A model generated the notes under the pieces. It saw only the letters and a list, made by a program, of their open reading frames with translations. It ran no database searches and was not told the DNA's origin. Shown here piece after piece: positions 28,678 through 38,425 of a stretch of DNA of 64,000 nt. A program made the translations under genes and the position numbers. How positions within the stretch are numbered: position 1 is the stretch's first letter; each line of letters starts with the position of its first letter. This stretch comes from an uncultured Alphaproteobacteria bacterium. GTDB lineage: Bacteria; Pseudomonadota; Alphaproteobacteria; SHNJ01. Location: the NCBI GenBank assembly GCA_964458615.1, contig CAYWJR010000003.1, positions 2,262-66,261 on the forward strand. The letters run 5' to 3'.

Positions 28678-29268
28678 ATGGCCAAGGTTAAAAAAACAAT
28701 TCCCAAAAAATCGGGCAAGTTAAAAAAAGCGGCGCGACCCGGCCATGCGAAAATGCCGAAACGCGCGGTGAAATCAGGCGGCAAAAAAGAGGCGGAAATT
28801 TTACGCATTATCGCAAAAATTCAAACGCCGGATGCGTGGAAAAAATACCCAGACAAGCATAAATTGCTGCATGATTTTTTTTCCTATATTGGCTCTGTTG
28901 CGGCGGAAACGCGGCAAGATAAAAAGCCGGTTTTTGTGTCCCGCGACCAAATGTTCGATTTTGTCTTTTCGCATATAGATGCAATGGCAACGCATAAAAA
29001 ATTTATAAGCGCGGTATTGGCGGATCCGGCGTATGTGCCGCAATTTTCGGTTGCAATTTTCCGTATTATGCCTGTTTGGACGGGTGAATGGAAAATAAAA
29101 AATGCGCCGGTTCCTGGGTTTGTCATATCCACCGTATCCAGTATTATATATGGTTATGCATTGTGGCGTTGGCGATCGGATCCATCGGCCGATGGTGCGC
29201 AGACAATGGCAGGACTGGATCGGTTGTTGCAGCAAATTGAAATCGTGCTGGCGCGCGCGGTGCGGTAA
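28678..29268 (+). CDS. hypothetical protein with a highly basic N-terminal tail (MAKVKKTIPKKSGKLKKAARPGHAKMPKRAVKSGGKK)
   Basis: ATG 3 nt after the proC stop. An alpha-helical domain follows the Lys-rich tail. The family was not recognised. Confidence 0.5.
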   Translation: MAKVKKTIPKKSGKLKKAARPGHAKMPKRAVKSGGKKEAEILRIIAKIQTPDAWKKYPDKHKLLHDFFSYIGSVAAETRQDKKPVFVSRDQMFDFVFSHIDAMATHKKFISAVLADPAYVPQFSVAIFRIMPVWTGEWKIKNAPVPGFVISTVSSIIYGYALWRWRSDPSADGAQTMAGLDRLLQQIEIVLARAVR

Positions 29269-29498
29269 AATCCGCCATTTCAAGTATATTAAAAATTCGC
29301 ATAATAATGCTGTGGATATAATATTTTGCTATTTATGCGGGATGTGGTATAGTTGCGCTTGCAACCATGGGTAATGCAATTTATCTGTGTGTTGTTCACG
29401 ATAATATTAAAAATAACAATCCAAAAAAATATTTCAAACAAACTTATCAAGGCCAGCGCGTTGTTGGCATAACAATCGGTTCTGTAAGGCGGACGCAA

Positions 29499-29960
29499 AT
29501 GACCAAAGCCAGAGGATCTTTTGACCATAATTGGATCGCTTCTTTGTTCCAATTTTCTCCAAACTTTAACTATTCAGGTGTTGATATGAATAAATTGTTG
29601 AATTTGTACAAACGTAATTTTGAAATCATGTCGCAAGTAAGCCAAGTTGGCGTCGATTGCGTGCAGGCCGTCGCCCGTTGCCAAACCGAGGCGTTGCAGC
29701 AAAGTTTGAATGCCGTTGTAGGCACATTGGATTGCGTAACATCCCAAGGCGCCAGCAGCCAGCAAAAAGTCCGCAAAAGCAGCGAAATTTTGCAAGACGC
29801 ATGGCAAAATTCCAGCGCGAACGTAAAGGAATTGACCGAAATTTTAACCCGCAGCAACCGCGAAGTTTTCGAAATGTTGAGCGGCGGCATGCGCGAATCG
29901 GTTTCCGAATTGCAGGACATTATCCCAACCGAAACACGCCGCAAAACCGGCAGCAAATAA
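29499..29960 (+). CDS. phasin-family (PHA granule-associated) protein
   Basis: AAGGCGGA Shine-Dalgarno 7 nt upstream of ATG 29499. Phasin_2-like N-terminus (FDHNWIASLFQ...MNKLLNLYKRNFE) and an amphipathic helical remainder. The track ORF starts earlier at 29367. Confidence 0.7.
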   Translation: MTKARGSFDHNWIASLFQFSPNFNYSGVDMNKLLNLYKRNFEIMSQVSQVGVDCVQAVARCQTEALQQSLNAVVGTLDCVTSQGASSQQKVRKSSEILQDAWQNSSANVKELTEILTRSNREVFEMLSGGMRESVSELQDIIPTETRRKTGSK

Positions 29961-29981
29961 ACGCCGTTTCGACCGGATATT

Positions 29982-31283
29982 TTAAATCGGTAAGAACAGG
30001 GTGGCCGCAAGGCCGCCCTGTTTTGCTTTTGCCAATGTAATATCGCCGCCATGATTGCGGGCGATGTCCCGCGCAATGCTTAGGCCAAGACCGACGCCGC
30101 CGGTTTCTGAATTGCGCGAATCATCCAGGCGACGAAAAGGTTTGAATACTTCTTCGTGCATGGATTCTGGAATGCCGTGGCCGTCGTCCGACACAATAAT
30201 GCGGATCCCGCGCGTGCCCACATCCGTATCCAGCCAGATATTTTTACCCCATCTGGCGGCGTTGCCGATCAGATTGCCGACACAGCGTTTGATCGCGTTG
30301 CGGCGCGCCACGATGGCGGGCAGGGGTTTGGGCGTAAAATCGATCTTGTGCCCGTCGCGCGCGAAATCCCGCACGATTTCATCCAACAAATCCGTGATAA
30401 CGATCGACTGCGATTCTTCTTCGGCATCGCCGCGAGCAAAATTCAGATAACTTTCGACCATCTGCCGCATTTCGTCGACGTCGCTTTGCATCGCGGCAAT
30501 ATCATCCGATTTCGGCAATAACGCCAATTCCAATTTCAATCGCGTCAATGGGGTGCGCAAATCGTGCGAAATGCCTGATAACATGTCGGTGCGTTGCTGT
30601 ATCTGGCGGCGGATTCTGTCGCGCATGATACCGAACGAAGCTGTGGCCTGGCGAATTTCCATGGCGCCGGTCGGTTTCAAATCGTCGCAATCCTGTCCTT
30701 TGCCCAATTTTTCGGCGGCGATGGCCAGTTTACGGATGGGCCGGATTTGGTTGCGTAAAAATATGGTTGCAATGCCGAACAACAATATCGAGCTGCCGAC
30801 CATCCAGGCGATAACAAGTTGCGTTGTATAAGAAAACAGGCGCTTTTTATTGGCATAGACAAGTAAAAAATTATCATCCAATTGTACGATTACTTTGACC
30901 CGGTCTGGGTCGGCGTTCATCGTGGCATAAAATTTGTTATCCAGCCTGCGATCCAATTCTTCGTACAGCAATTGATCGACCAAACTGTCGAATTTGGGTT
31001 CCGCCGGCAATTCCATGGATTCAAGCGGCATAACAGCGAATTCAAGATGCAAATCGCGCATCGCCGCATCGATAATGGCGTCTTGTTTTTCGGTAGGCGC
31101 ATCGGCCAGCGCCCGCGCGACATAGGCGATTTCGCCGCCCAGACTGCTGGTTAAACGGCGCGCCAATGTTTCCCAATGCCGGTCATAGAATACATAAGTC
31201 GTAACGACTTGCACCAAAACGGTCGGAATGAATAAAATAAGCAGCGTGCGGGTGAATAACGATTTGGGCAAGAACCGTTTCAT
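29982..31283 (-). CDS. two-component sensor histidine kinase (EnvZ-like, two TM segments)
   Basis: HAMP, then HisKA (SHDLRTPLTRL), then HATPase (NLIGNAARWG...DDGHGIP...GLGLSI). Confidence 0.85.
   Translation of the reverse strand: MKRFLPKSLFTRTLLILFIPTVLVQVVTTYVFYDRHWETLARRLTSSLGGEIAYVARALADAPTEKQDAIIDAAMRDLHLEFAVMPLESMELPAEPKFDSLVDQLLYEELDRRLDNKFYATMNADPDRVKVIVQLDDNFLLVYANKKRLFSYTTQLVIAWMVGSSILLFGIATIFLRNQIRPIRKLAIAAEKLGKGQDCDDLKPTGAMEIRQATASFGIMRDRIRRQIQQRTDMLSGISHDLRTPLTRLKLELALLPKSDDIAAMQSDVDEMRQMVESYLNFARGDAEEESQSIVITDLLDEIVRDFARDGHKIDFTPKPLPAIVARRNAIKRCVGNLIGNAARWGKNIWLDTDVGTRGIRIIVSDDGHGIPESMHEEVFKPFRRLDDSRNSETGGVGLGLSIARDIARNHGGDITLAKAKQGGLAATLFLPI
29994..30033 (+). terminator. hairpin terminator for the phasin gene, embedded in the 3' end of the convergent kinase gene
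   Basis: CAGGGUGGCCGcaaGGCCGCCCUG stem with one G·U pair, followed by ttttgcttttg. Confidence 0.45.
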
Positions 31284-32005
31284 GATTCACCGTTCATCAA
31301 TATTTTTTCCGGTTTCAATACATATCCTTTGCCGCGCACGGTCTGCAAATAACGCGGAAATCCGGGATCGATTTCAACCTTGCGCCGCAATCGTGTGACC
31401 TGAACGTCGATGGCCCTCTCGCCGCCTTCAATGCCGCACAGCCTGACCAAATCCTCGCGGTTGCATGGGGAATGCGAATTTTCCGCCAATATGCGCAATA
31501 ACGACGATTCGGCGGTGGTTAAGTATACCGCCTCGCCGTCGGATTTTTTCAATTCCGAACGCGCGATATCGAAACGGTATCCGCCAAAATCCACAATGGC
31601 CGGAATGGCCGAAGGTTGTTGTATTCCCGGTTGCTGCGCGCGGCGCAAAATAGATTGAATGCGCAACACCAACTCGCGCGGTTCGAACGGTTTGGTTACA
31701 TAATCGTCCGCGCCGGTTTCAAATCCCGTTATGCGGTCGGCGGTGGTGTCTTTTGCGGTCAAAAGTAAAACCGGCACGGCATTTTTTTTGGCGCGCAATT
31801 TTTGCGTCAATTCGAAACCGGTGATGCCGGGCATCATAACGTCCAGGACGATCAAATCGAATTCCATGCTGCCAAGAACTTTTTCCGCTTCGGCCGCGTT
31901 TTCAACCGCAGTAACCAGAAAATCATTCTGCGACAAATATCTTTTCAATAAATCGCGCAGGCGGCGGTCGTCATCGACCACTAAAATATGCCTGCTTTCC
32001 GTCAT
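31280..32005 (-). CDS. OmpR-family response regulator
   Basis: REC domain (ILVVDDD...LDVMMPG...TAKD) and a winged-helix domain (TKPFEPRELVLRIQSILRR...). ATG 32005. ATGA overlaps on both sides. Confidence 0.85.
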   Translation of the reverse strand: MTESRHILVVDDDRRLRDLLKRYLSQNDFLVTAVENAAEAEKVLGSMEFDLIVLDVMMPGITGFELTQKLRAKKNAVPVLLLTAKDTTADRITGFETGADDYVTKPFEPRELVLRIQSILRRAQQPGIQQPSAIPAIVDFGGYRFDIARSELKKSDGEAVYLTTAESSLLRILAENSHSPCNREDLVRLCGIEGGERAIDVQVTRLRRKVEIDPGFPRYLQTVRGKGYVLKPEKILMNGES

Positions 32006-32580
32006 GCGGCTGAATCTTCGCACATGGTTTGCGCAAATGCGCGGAAATAATTCCAAGCGGTAATAACGGATAAAATAGCGGCCACCCATAACGCCATGTC
32101 CGCCAATTCGGTAAACGGTTCCAATAACGGCAAGGCATCGATTGACAATAGCGCGATCAATGCGCCCATTTGAAATCCGGTTTTCCATTTGGCCAAATGC
32201 GATACCGGTATGGTCACCGATTTTTTCGATTCGCCTAAAAATTCGCGCAAGCCGGATATTAAAATTTCACGCCCGATAATCAAATAGGCCGCGATGACAT
32301 CGACCCCGGAAATCCGTTGTGTCATAATCAGCAGGATAATGACCGCCGCGACCGACAATTTATCGGCGATTGGATCCAAAAAACGGCCCAGCGGTGATAC
32401 CATATTGTATCGGCGCGCGACCCAGCCATCGAAATAATCGGTGATAGCGCCAAGTGCGAATAAGCCCAACGCCGCCCATTTGGCGCATTCCGCCCATTCT
32501 TGCGGCGCGTAATAGCAAGCGATGATCAGCGGGACAAAGGCGATGCGGACAAGCGTTAAAAGATTGGGCAGTTGCAGCAT
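32002..32580 (-). CDS. pgsA: CDP-diacylglycerol--glycerol-3-phosphate 3-phosphatidyltransferase
   Basis: CDP-alcohol phosphatidyltransferase motif DYFDGWVARR...G...DPIADK. Start set at ATG 32580 (MLQLPNLLTLVRI). Confidence 0.85.
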   Translation of the reverse strand: MLQLPNLLTLVRIAFVPLIIACYYAPQEWAECAKWAALGLFALGAITDYFDGWVARRYNMVSPLGRFLDPIADKLSVAAVIILLIMTQRISGVDVIAAYLIIGREILISGLREFLGESKKSVTIPVSHLAKWKTGFQMGALIALLSIDALPLLEPFTELADMALWVAAILSVITAWNYFRAFAQTMCEDSAA

Positions 32581-32626
32581 GATTTTGACGTTTGAGTATA
32601 TAAAGTTGAATATGCGCCAATATGCC

Positions 32627-34555
32627 CTAATCCGCCCCGGAATGGAAGTAGTTGAATACGCGCTTGGCTGTTGATTTGTTGATGCCTTTAACCATTTCAA
32701 GATCGGCCAATGATGCTTTTTTGATCCCCACAACGGACCCGAAATGATTCAATAACGCGCGTTTGCGGTTGCTGCCGATGCCGGATATGCCATCCAATTC
32801 CGACCGCCCCATTTCCGAAATGCGTTTTTTGCGGTGCCCGCCAATGGCGAAACGGTGCGCTTCGTCCCGCAGGCGTTGCAGAAAATGCAAGGCCGGATCG
32901 TTCGGCGGCAATTGAAACGGTTCGCGGCCTTGGATAAAAAAACGTTCCCGACCGGCGTTGCGATCTGGGCCTTTGGCGATGCCGACAACCGGAATTTCCG
33001 CCCATCCCGATTCCGCCAAAACCTGCAATGCGGTATTCAACTGGCCAAGCCCTCCATCGATCAAAAGCAACCCAGGTTTGGTATGGCTTGTATCTTCGGT
33101 TGCGGCATTGCCGGCGTTCGACAGGCGCGCAAACCGTCTTTGCAATACTTGGCGCAACATGCCGTAATCATCGCCGCCATGGCGCGGTTGTTGTTGTAAT
33201 TCGTCTGCGCGGATAGTGAATTTGCGGTATGATTTTTTTTGAAATCCTTCTTGGGTCGCGACGATCATCGCGCCAATGGCGTTTCTGCCTTGAATGTGGC
33301 TGTTATCGTAAACTTCGATGCGATGCGGCGTTTCCGGCAAATGCAGCTTTTCCGTGATTTGACGGAATAATTCTTCTTGGGCGGTGCGTTCGGCCAATGC
33401 GCGTTCCAGCGCGTTTTCCGCGTTTTTCAGGGCATGTAAAACCGCCTGGCGTTTTTTGCCGCGATTGGCGGCGGATATGTGAACGCTGTGCCCGGATTGT
33501 ATGGTCAATGCCTGAGCGACCAAATCTTGTTCGGGCAATTTATGGCTTACCAGAATGTTTTTCGGAATCGGTTTGCCTTGGTAAAATTGTACGGCGAACG
33601 CGGATAATATTTCGCCCAAACTTTCTTCATCGCCCGTTTTCGGGAAATAGGCGTGATTGCCCAAATAACAATCGTCGCGATAGGTGAATAATTGCACGCA
33701 TGTTTTGCCGGCCTGTTGCGCGATGGCTACGACATCGGTATCGCCCAGCCCGTCGATATGCACGCGTTGTTTCGCCTGGATCAATGTCAACGCGCGGATA
33801 CGGTCGCGGTATTGCGCGGCTGTTTCGTAATCCATGTTTTGGCTGGCTTGGTGCATGGTTTGGGCAAATTGTTCTTGGATCTGGCCGTGTTTTCCGCGCA
33901 AGAAATCTTTGACGTGGCGCACGCTTTGTCCGTATTCGTCTTGGGAAATATAATTGACGCATGGCGCGGAACAACGTTTGATATGATATTGCAAACATGG
34001 GCGTTTGCGGCCCGAAAAATAAGAATCGGAGCAATTGCGGATCAAAAAAGCGCGTTGCAGCGTGGCGATGGTTTGGTCGACTGCGCCGCCGCTGCTTAGG
34101 AACGGGCCGAAATAATCGCCCTTGTCCACGCGCGCGCCGCGATGTTTGGATATGCGCGGAAATTCATGATCGCCGGAAATATAAATAAAAGGGAACGATT
34201 TGTCGTCGCGCAACAATATATTGTATCGCGGCAAATGTTCTTTGATTAAAACCGATTCCAACAACAATGCCTCGGCTTCGGATTGCGTTGTGGTGAATTC
34301 CATTTTGACCGTTTCGGCGATCATGCGTTGCAAACGGATCGGCAATTGCGCTGGACGGGTATATGACGCGACGCGCGCGTGCAAATTGCGCGCCTTGCCG
34401 ACGTATAAAACATCGCCTTTCGCGCTGATCATACGGTAAACGCCGGGGCCTTGCGCCAGATGTTTTTGAAACGACCTAATCGCATCGACGCCTTGCGCCA
34501 ATCGCGTGGCCATTGTGGGTTTTGATTGTATGGATTTTGATTTGGGTGCGTTCAT
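32627..34555 (-). CDS. uvrC: excinuclease ABC subunit C
   Basis: GIY-YIG (GVYRMISAKGDVLYVGKA), UvrBC-interaction, RNaseH-like and HhH domains. Confidence 0.9.
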   Translation of the reverse strand: MNAPKSKSIQSKPTMATRLAQGVDAIRSFQKHLAQGPGVYRMISAKGDVLYVGKARNLHARVASYTRPAQLPIRLQRMIAETVKMEFTTTQSEAEALLLESVLIKEHLPRYNILLRDDKSFPFIYISGDHEFPRISKHRGARVDKGDYFGPFLSSGGAVDQTIATLQRAFLIRNCSDSYFSGRKRPCLQYHIKRCSAPCVNYISQDEYGQSVRHVKDFLRGKHGQIQEQFAQTMHQASQNMDYETAAQYRDRIRALTLIQAKQRVHIDGLGDTDVVAIAQQAGKTCVQLFTYRDDCYLGNHAYFPKTGDEESLGEILSAFAVQFYQGKPIPKNILVSHKLPEQDLVAQALTIQSGHSVHISAANRGKKRQAVLHALKNAENALERALAERTAQEELFRQITEKLHLPETPHRIEVYDNSHIQGRNAIGAMIVATQEGFQKKSYRKFTIRADELQQQPRHGGDDYGMLRQVLQRRFARLSNAGNAATEDTSHTKPGLLLIDGGLGQLNTALQVLAESGWAEIPVVGIAKGPDRNAGRERFFIQGREPFQLPPNDPALHFLQRLRDEAHRFAIGGHRKKRISEMGRSELDGISGIGSNRKRALLNHFGSVVGIKKASLADLEMVKGINKSTAKRVFNYFHSGAD

Positions 34556-34574
34556 AAAATATATTCTTGAATAA

Positions 34575-34934
34575 TCATATATTTTGGGTTCGGATTATTT
34601 CCACTCCGACCGATTCGCAATCCGCGAAAACATCCAATTTTTCGACCCGTACGGTTGCGGTGCGCACACGTTTATCGCCAAGGCATATCGCGGCGATTTC
34701 TTCGGCGGCGGTTTCGGCCAAATGCGTGTGGGATCCGCCAAGGCGGTTTATGATGCCGCTGCGTACTTTGTCGTAACAGACCGTGTCGCCGATGGCGTCA
34801 TCGCCGATTCTGGATTTTTCATGCAATTCCATAACGCAATTGATGCGGATGCGTTGCGGCGATTTCTTTTCATGATCGTGAATTCCAATCAGAGTGGAGA
34901 AAATAAGATCTTTGATGATGATTTTCGTGCTCAT
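34575..34934 (-). CDS. folB: dihydroneopterin aldolase
   Basis: Start set at MSTKIIIKDLIFSTLIGIHDHEK. FolB fold, 119 aa. Confidence 0.8.
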   Translation of the reverse strand: MSTKIIIKDLIFSTLIGIHDHEKKSPQRIRINCVMELHEKSRIGDDAIGDTVCYDKVRSGIINRLGGSHTHLAETAAEEIAAICLGDKRVRTATVRVEKLDVFADCESVGVEIIRTQNI

Positions 34935-35698
34935 GACGGTTGTTTTCCGGACAGAATCGGATGCGGGGTTAAATGGCGGCCGGAATCCAGCGGAATCAAC
35001 TGGCCGTTGATGGACGGATGTTCGATCACGTACAGGCAGGCGGATACAATGTCTTGAACCGATTCGTCGTGCGGCAAAGGCGATGGTGAGTAATCGCGCC
35101 GCCAATCGGGGTTCTGCGCGGTGTTATTGGGTTCTGCGGGGGGCAAGACAATGCCCGGCGCAATCGCGTTTACCCGGAATTTCGGCGCGAATTGTGCGGA
35201 TGCCGATTGCGTTGCCGCCCACAACGCCGATTTGCTGATCGCATAGGATGTGTATCCGCGAGGCGATTTTAAAATCGCGTGATCCAGAATATTGACGACC
35301 GATCCGCCATCAATATCTTGCGCGAAAAAATGATGCATCAACATGGCCGGCGCGATCGTGTTGACTTGCAAATGGTTGTGCATTTGCATCGGCGTGATGT
35401 TTTGCCACGTGTCCCGTACGAACAACGCGGCGTTATTGATCAAAACGCCGATAGGGCCAAATATTTTTGTAGCAGCGGAAAATAATTCGCTGGCGCCGTT
35501 TGGATTCGATAAATCGGCGCCGATTGCGGCGGCGCGTCCGCCAGCCCGGTTTATTTCCGCAACCAAATTTTCTGCATCAGCACGCGAATTGTTGTAATGC
35601 GCGGCAACCGAATATCCGCGTTGCGCGATTGCGCGCGCAAGATCGCATCCAATTCGTTTGGCGGATCCGGTGATCAAAACGGTGCGAGGTCGATTCAT
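34931..35698 (-). CDS. SDR-family oxidoreductase (pteridine-reductase/FolM-like), coupled to folB
   Basis: TGSAKRIG Rossmann motif and YxxxK (YAISKSAL). The stop abuts the folB start. Confidence 0.75.
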   Translation of the reverse strand: MNRPRTVLITGSAKRIGCDLARAIAQRGYSVAAHYNNSRADAENLVAEINRAGGRAAAIGADLSNPNGASELFSAATKIFGPIGVLINNAALFVRDTWQNITPMQMHNHLQVNTIAPAMLMHHFFAQDIDGGSVVNILDHAILKSPRGYTSYAISKSALWAATQSASAQFAPKFRVNAIAPGIVLPPAEPNNTAQNPDWRRDYSPSPLPHDESVQDIVSACLYVIEHPSINGQLIPLDSGRHLTPHPILSGKQPS

Positions 35699-35817
35699 AA
35701 ATAAATTGTTGTAATTAATAAATTCTTGTAATTCAGAGCATTTTCCCGCTAAATGATTATATACCATTAACGTCTGTGCCGCGCCACGGCCAATCTGTTC
35801 AATATATAAAGCAATTT

Positions 35818-37494
35818 ATGGATCATAATCTCGATTTAACCATTCCAATTATCATGCTGGCCGCCGCCGTTTTGGTCAGCCTGGTTATGCAACGTTTGCG
35901 ATTCAGCCCTATTATCGGATATTTGCTGGCGGGATTGTTGATCGGGCCGTCGGGATTCGGATTTATTCAAAATATCGCCGCCAGCCAATTATTGGCCGAT
36001 TTGGGCGTGGTATTCCTGTTATTCGCCATCGGTTTGGAATTGCCCTTGGAACGATTGCGGATTATGCGGCATTTGGTATTCGGATTTGGCGGCGCCAGCA
36101 TGCTGATATTGATGGGGGTTTTCGGCGGAATTGTAATTTACAGCCGCGGCAGCCTGGCCGAGGCGATTATTATCGCCGGCGCGCTGGCGTTTTCATCGAC
36201 GGCGATGTTGGTGCAATTATTATCGGAACGCGGCGAATTTTCAACCCGTCATGGCCGCGCCAGTTTTTCGGCCGCATTGTTTCAAGATTTGGCGGTCGTG
36301 CCGTTGTTGGTGGTTATTCCTCTGCTGGGTCAAAAGGGCGCCGTAATTGTCGGCAGTTTGGTGTGGGCGGGAATAAAAGCGGTTGCGGCGTTGATCGTGA
36401 TTATGTATGCGGGTCAGAAAATTTTACGCCCGATTTACCGCGTGGTTGTGGCGCAAAAAAACCATGAATTATTTACCGCGATGACTTTGCTTGTGATTCT
36501 TAGCATCGGATTCGCGACTTATCATTTTGGCCTCAGCATGGCTTTGGGCGCTTTTTTGGCGGGGGTTATGCTGTCGGAAACGGAATTCCGTCACCAAATC
36601 GCCGCCGATATTGAACCGTTCCGCGGTTTGTTGCTTGGGTTGTTTTTTATGACCGTCGGGATGATGATCGATTCTTCGTTGGTTGCCGCGAATTTCGCGT
36701 TGATTCTGAAATTGCTGGCTGCATTGGTGTTTGTAAAACTGGCGGTGTTTTACACCGTCGGACTTTATTTCGGCCTTTCCAAACAAAAATCCCTGAAAAC
36801 CGCGATTTTATTGGCGCAAGGCGGTGAATTCGCATTCGTGTTATTCGGCGTTGCGCGGCAATCCGGTTTGATGCCCGAAGGCCATATGAATATTTTATCG
36901 ATGGCGGTTATTCTAAGCATGGTGATCACGCCAATTTTGTTGCGCCTGACATGGCCGCATTTGACCCAGGAAATGCCAAAGAATTCCGAAGATTTAGCGG
37001 CCGCCGACGTATTCAAGGATAAACAAAATCACATCGTGATTTGCGGTTTCGGCAGGGTGGGCGAGGTTATCGCCGGCATGTGCGAGGCGCAAAAAATACC
37101 GTACATCGTCATCGACGACGATCATAACCGCACCACCCAAGCCAGGGTACAGGATTTGCCGGTATTTTATGGCGACGCGACCAAGGCGCATGTGTTGCGG
37201 TCGGTCGGTATCGATGCGGCGCGCGCCGTTGTCGTGGCCGCCAGCGAATCGAAAATTGCCACCAAAATGGTTCACGTGATCCGCGAAAATTGGCCGCATG
37301 TTCCCGTATTCGGACGCGCGCGCGACAGCGAACATGCAAAACAATTGATCGAGGCGGGCGTTACCGCGACCGTTCCGATTACATTGAATGCCAGCCTGGA
37401 ATTGGGCAAAACATTATTGCAAAATTTGGGTCTGGATAACGATGAGATCGACGTCACCGCCAATTTGGTGCGTTTCAATCAGCAAGGTTTTTAA
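35818..37494 (+). CDS. kefB: CPA2-family monovalent cation:proton antiporter with C-terminal TrkA-N/RCK domain (KefB/KefC-like)
   Basis: 12-13 TM segments (GYLLAGLLIGPSGFGFI) followed by an RCK domain (IVICGFGRVGEVIA). Confidence 0.8.
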   Translation: MDHNLDLTIPIIMLAAAVLVSLVMQRLRFSPIIGYLLAGLLIGPSGFGFIQNIAASQLLADLGVVFLLFAIGLELPLERLRIMRHLVFGFGGASMLILMGVFGGIVIYSRGSLAEAIIIAGALAFSSTAMLVQLLSERGEFSTRHGRASFSAALFQDLAVVPLLVVIPLLGQKGAVIVGSLVWAGIKAVAALIVIMYAGQKILRPIYRVVVAQKNHELFTAMTLLVILSIGFATYHFGLSMALGAFLAGVMLSETEFRHQIAADIEPFRGLLLGLFFMTVGMMIDSSLVAANFALILKLLAALVFVKLAVFYTVGLYFGLSKQKSLKTAILLAQGGEFAFVLFGVARQSGLMPEGHMNILSMAVILSMVITPILLRLTWPHLTQEMPKNSEDLAAADVFKDKQNHIVICGFGRVGEVIAGMCEAQKIPYIVIDDDHNRTTQARVQDLPVFYGDATKAHVLRSVGIDAARAVVVAASESKIATKMVHVIRENWPHVPVFGRARDSEHAKQLIEAGVTATVPITLNASLELGKTLLQNLGLDNDEIDVTANLVRFNQQGF

Positions 37495-37508
37495 TTTTCA
37501 GGGTATAT

Positions 37509-38417
37509 TTATTGCGGCGGTTGTTTGCGGTATTCGATAAAATTCCGTGGCGACGCATCGACCAGCAACTTCATATTTTTTTGCAATTTTTCAAAGGCTT
37601 TTTCTTCGATCTGGCGGATGCGTTCACGGCTGACGCCGAATTCCTGGCTTAGATCGTCCAATGTTTTCGGCGTATCCAGCAGGCGTCTGGCGGTGATGAT
37701 CGCGCGTTCGCGGTCGTTCAAACTGCTCATCGCCTGTTGCAACAATTTCTTGCGCTGCGTTTCTTCTTGCCTGTCGGACAACGATTCTTCTTGGTTGACT
37801 GTTTGATCGACCAGCCAATCTTGCCATTCCGTACTGCCTTCGTCGTATCCGCGCGTCGGCGCGTTTAACGATTGGTCGCCGAACGCCAGGCGGCGGTTCA
37901 TGTCCACGACGTCTTTTTCCGGCACATCCAGTTTGGTCGCGATTGCGGCGACTTGTTCGGGATTCAAATCGCCGTCGTCGATCGCTTGCATCTGGCTTTT
38001 CAGTTTTCGCAAATTGAAAAACAACCGTTTTTGCGCTGCCGATGTGCCGATTTTAACCAACGACCAGGATCGCAAAACATATTCTTGAATCGACGCGCGG
38101 ATCCACCACATCGCGTATGTCGCCAGGCGGAAACCGCGGTCTGGATCGAATTTTTTTACCGCCTGCATCATGCCGATATTGCCTTCGGAAATCAGTTCGG
38201 CCAAAGGCAGGCCATATCCGCGGTATCCCATCGCGATTTTCGCGACAAGGCGCAAATGGCTTGTGATCAGCATGTGCGCTGCGTCGCGGTCGCCATGTTC
38301 CTGCCAGCGTTTGGCCAGCATATATTCTTGTTCTTTTTCCAGCATCGGAATTTTCCGGATTTCGGAAAGATACCGGGAAAGATTGCTATCTGGGCTTAGG
38401 GCTGGAACGTAACGCAT
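37509..38417 (-). CDS. rpoH: RNA polymerase sigma-32 factor RpoH
   Basis: Full-length sigma-32 with the RpoH box (QRKLFFNLRKLK). Canonical position downstream of rluD. Confidence 0.9.
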   Translation of the reverse strand: MRYVPALSPDSNLSRYLSEIRKIPMLEKEQEYMLAKRWQEHGDRDAAHMLITSHLRLVAKIAMGYRGYGLPLAELISEGNIGMMQAVKKFDPDRGFRLATYAMWWIRASIQEYVLRSWSLVKIGTSAAQKRLFFNLRKLKSQMQAIDDGDLNPEQVAAIATKLDVPEKDVVDMNRRLAFGDQSLNAPTRGYDEGSTEWQDWLVDQTVNQEESLSDRQEETQRKKLLQQAMSSLNDRERAIITARRLLDTPKTLDDLSQEFGVSRERIRQIEEKAFEKLQKNMKLLVDASPRNFIEYRKQPPQ

Positions 38418-38425
38418 TCTTCAAT

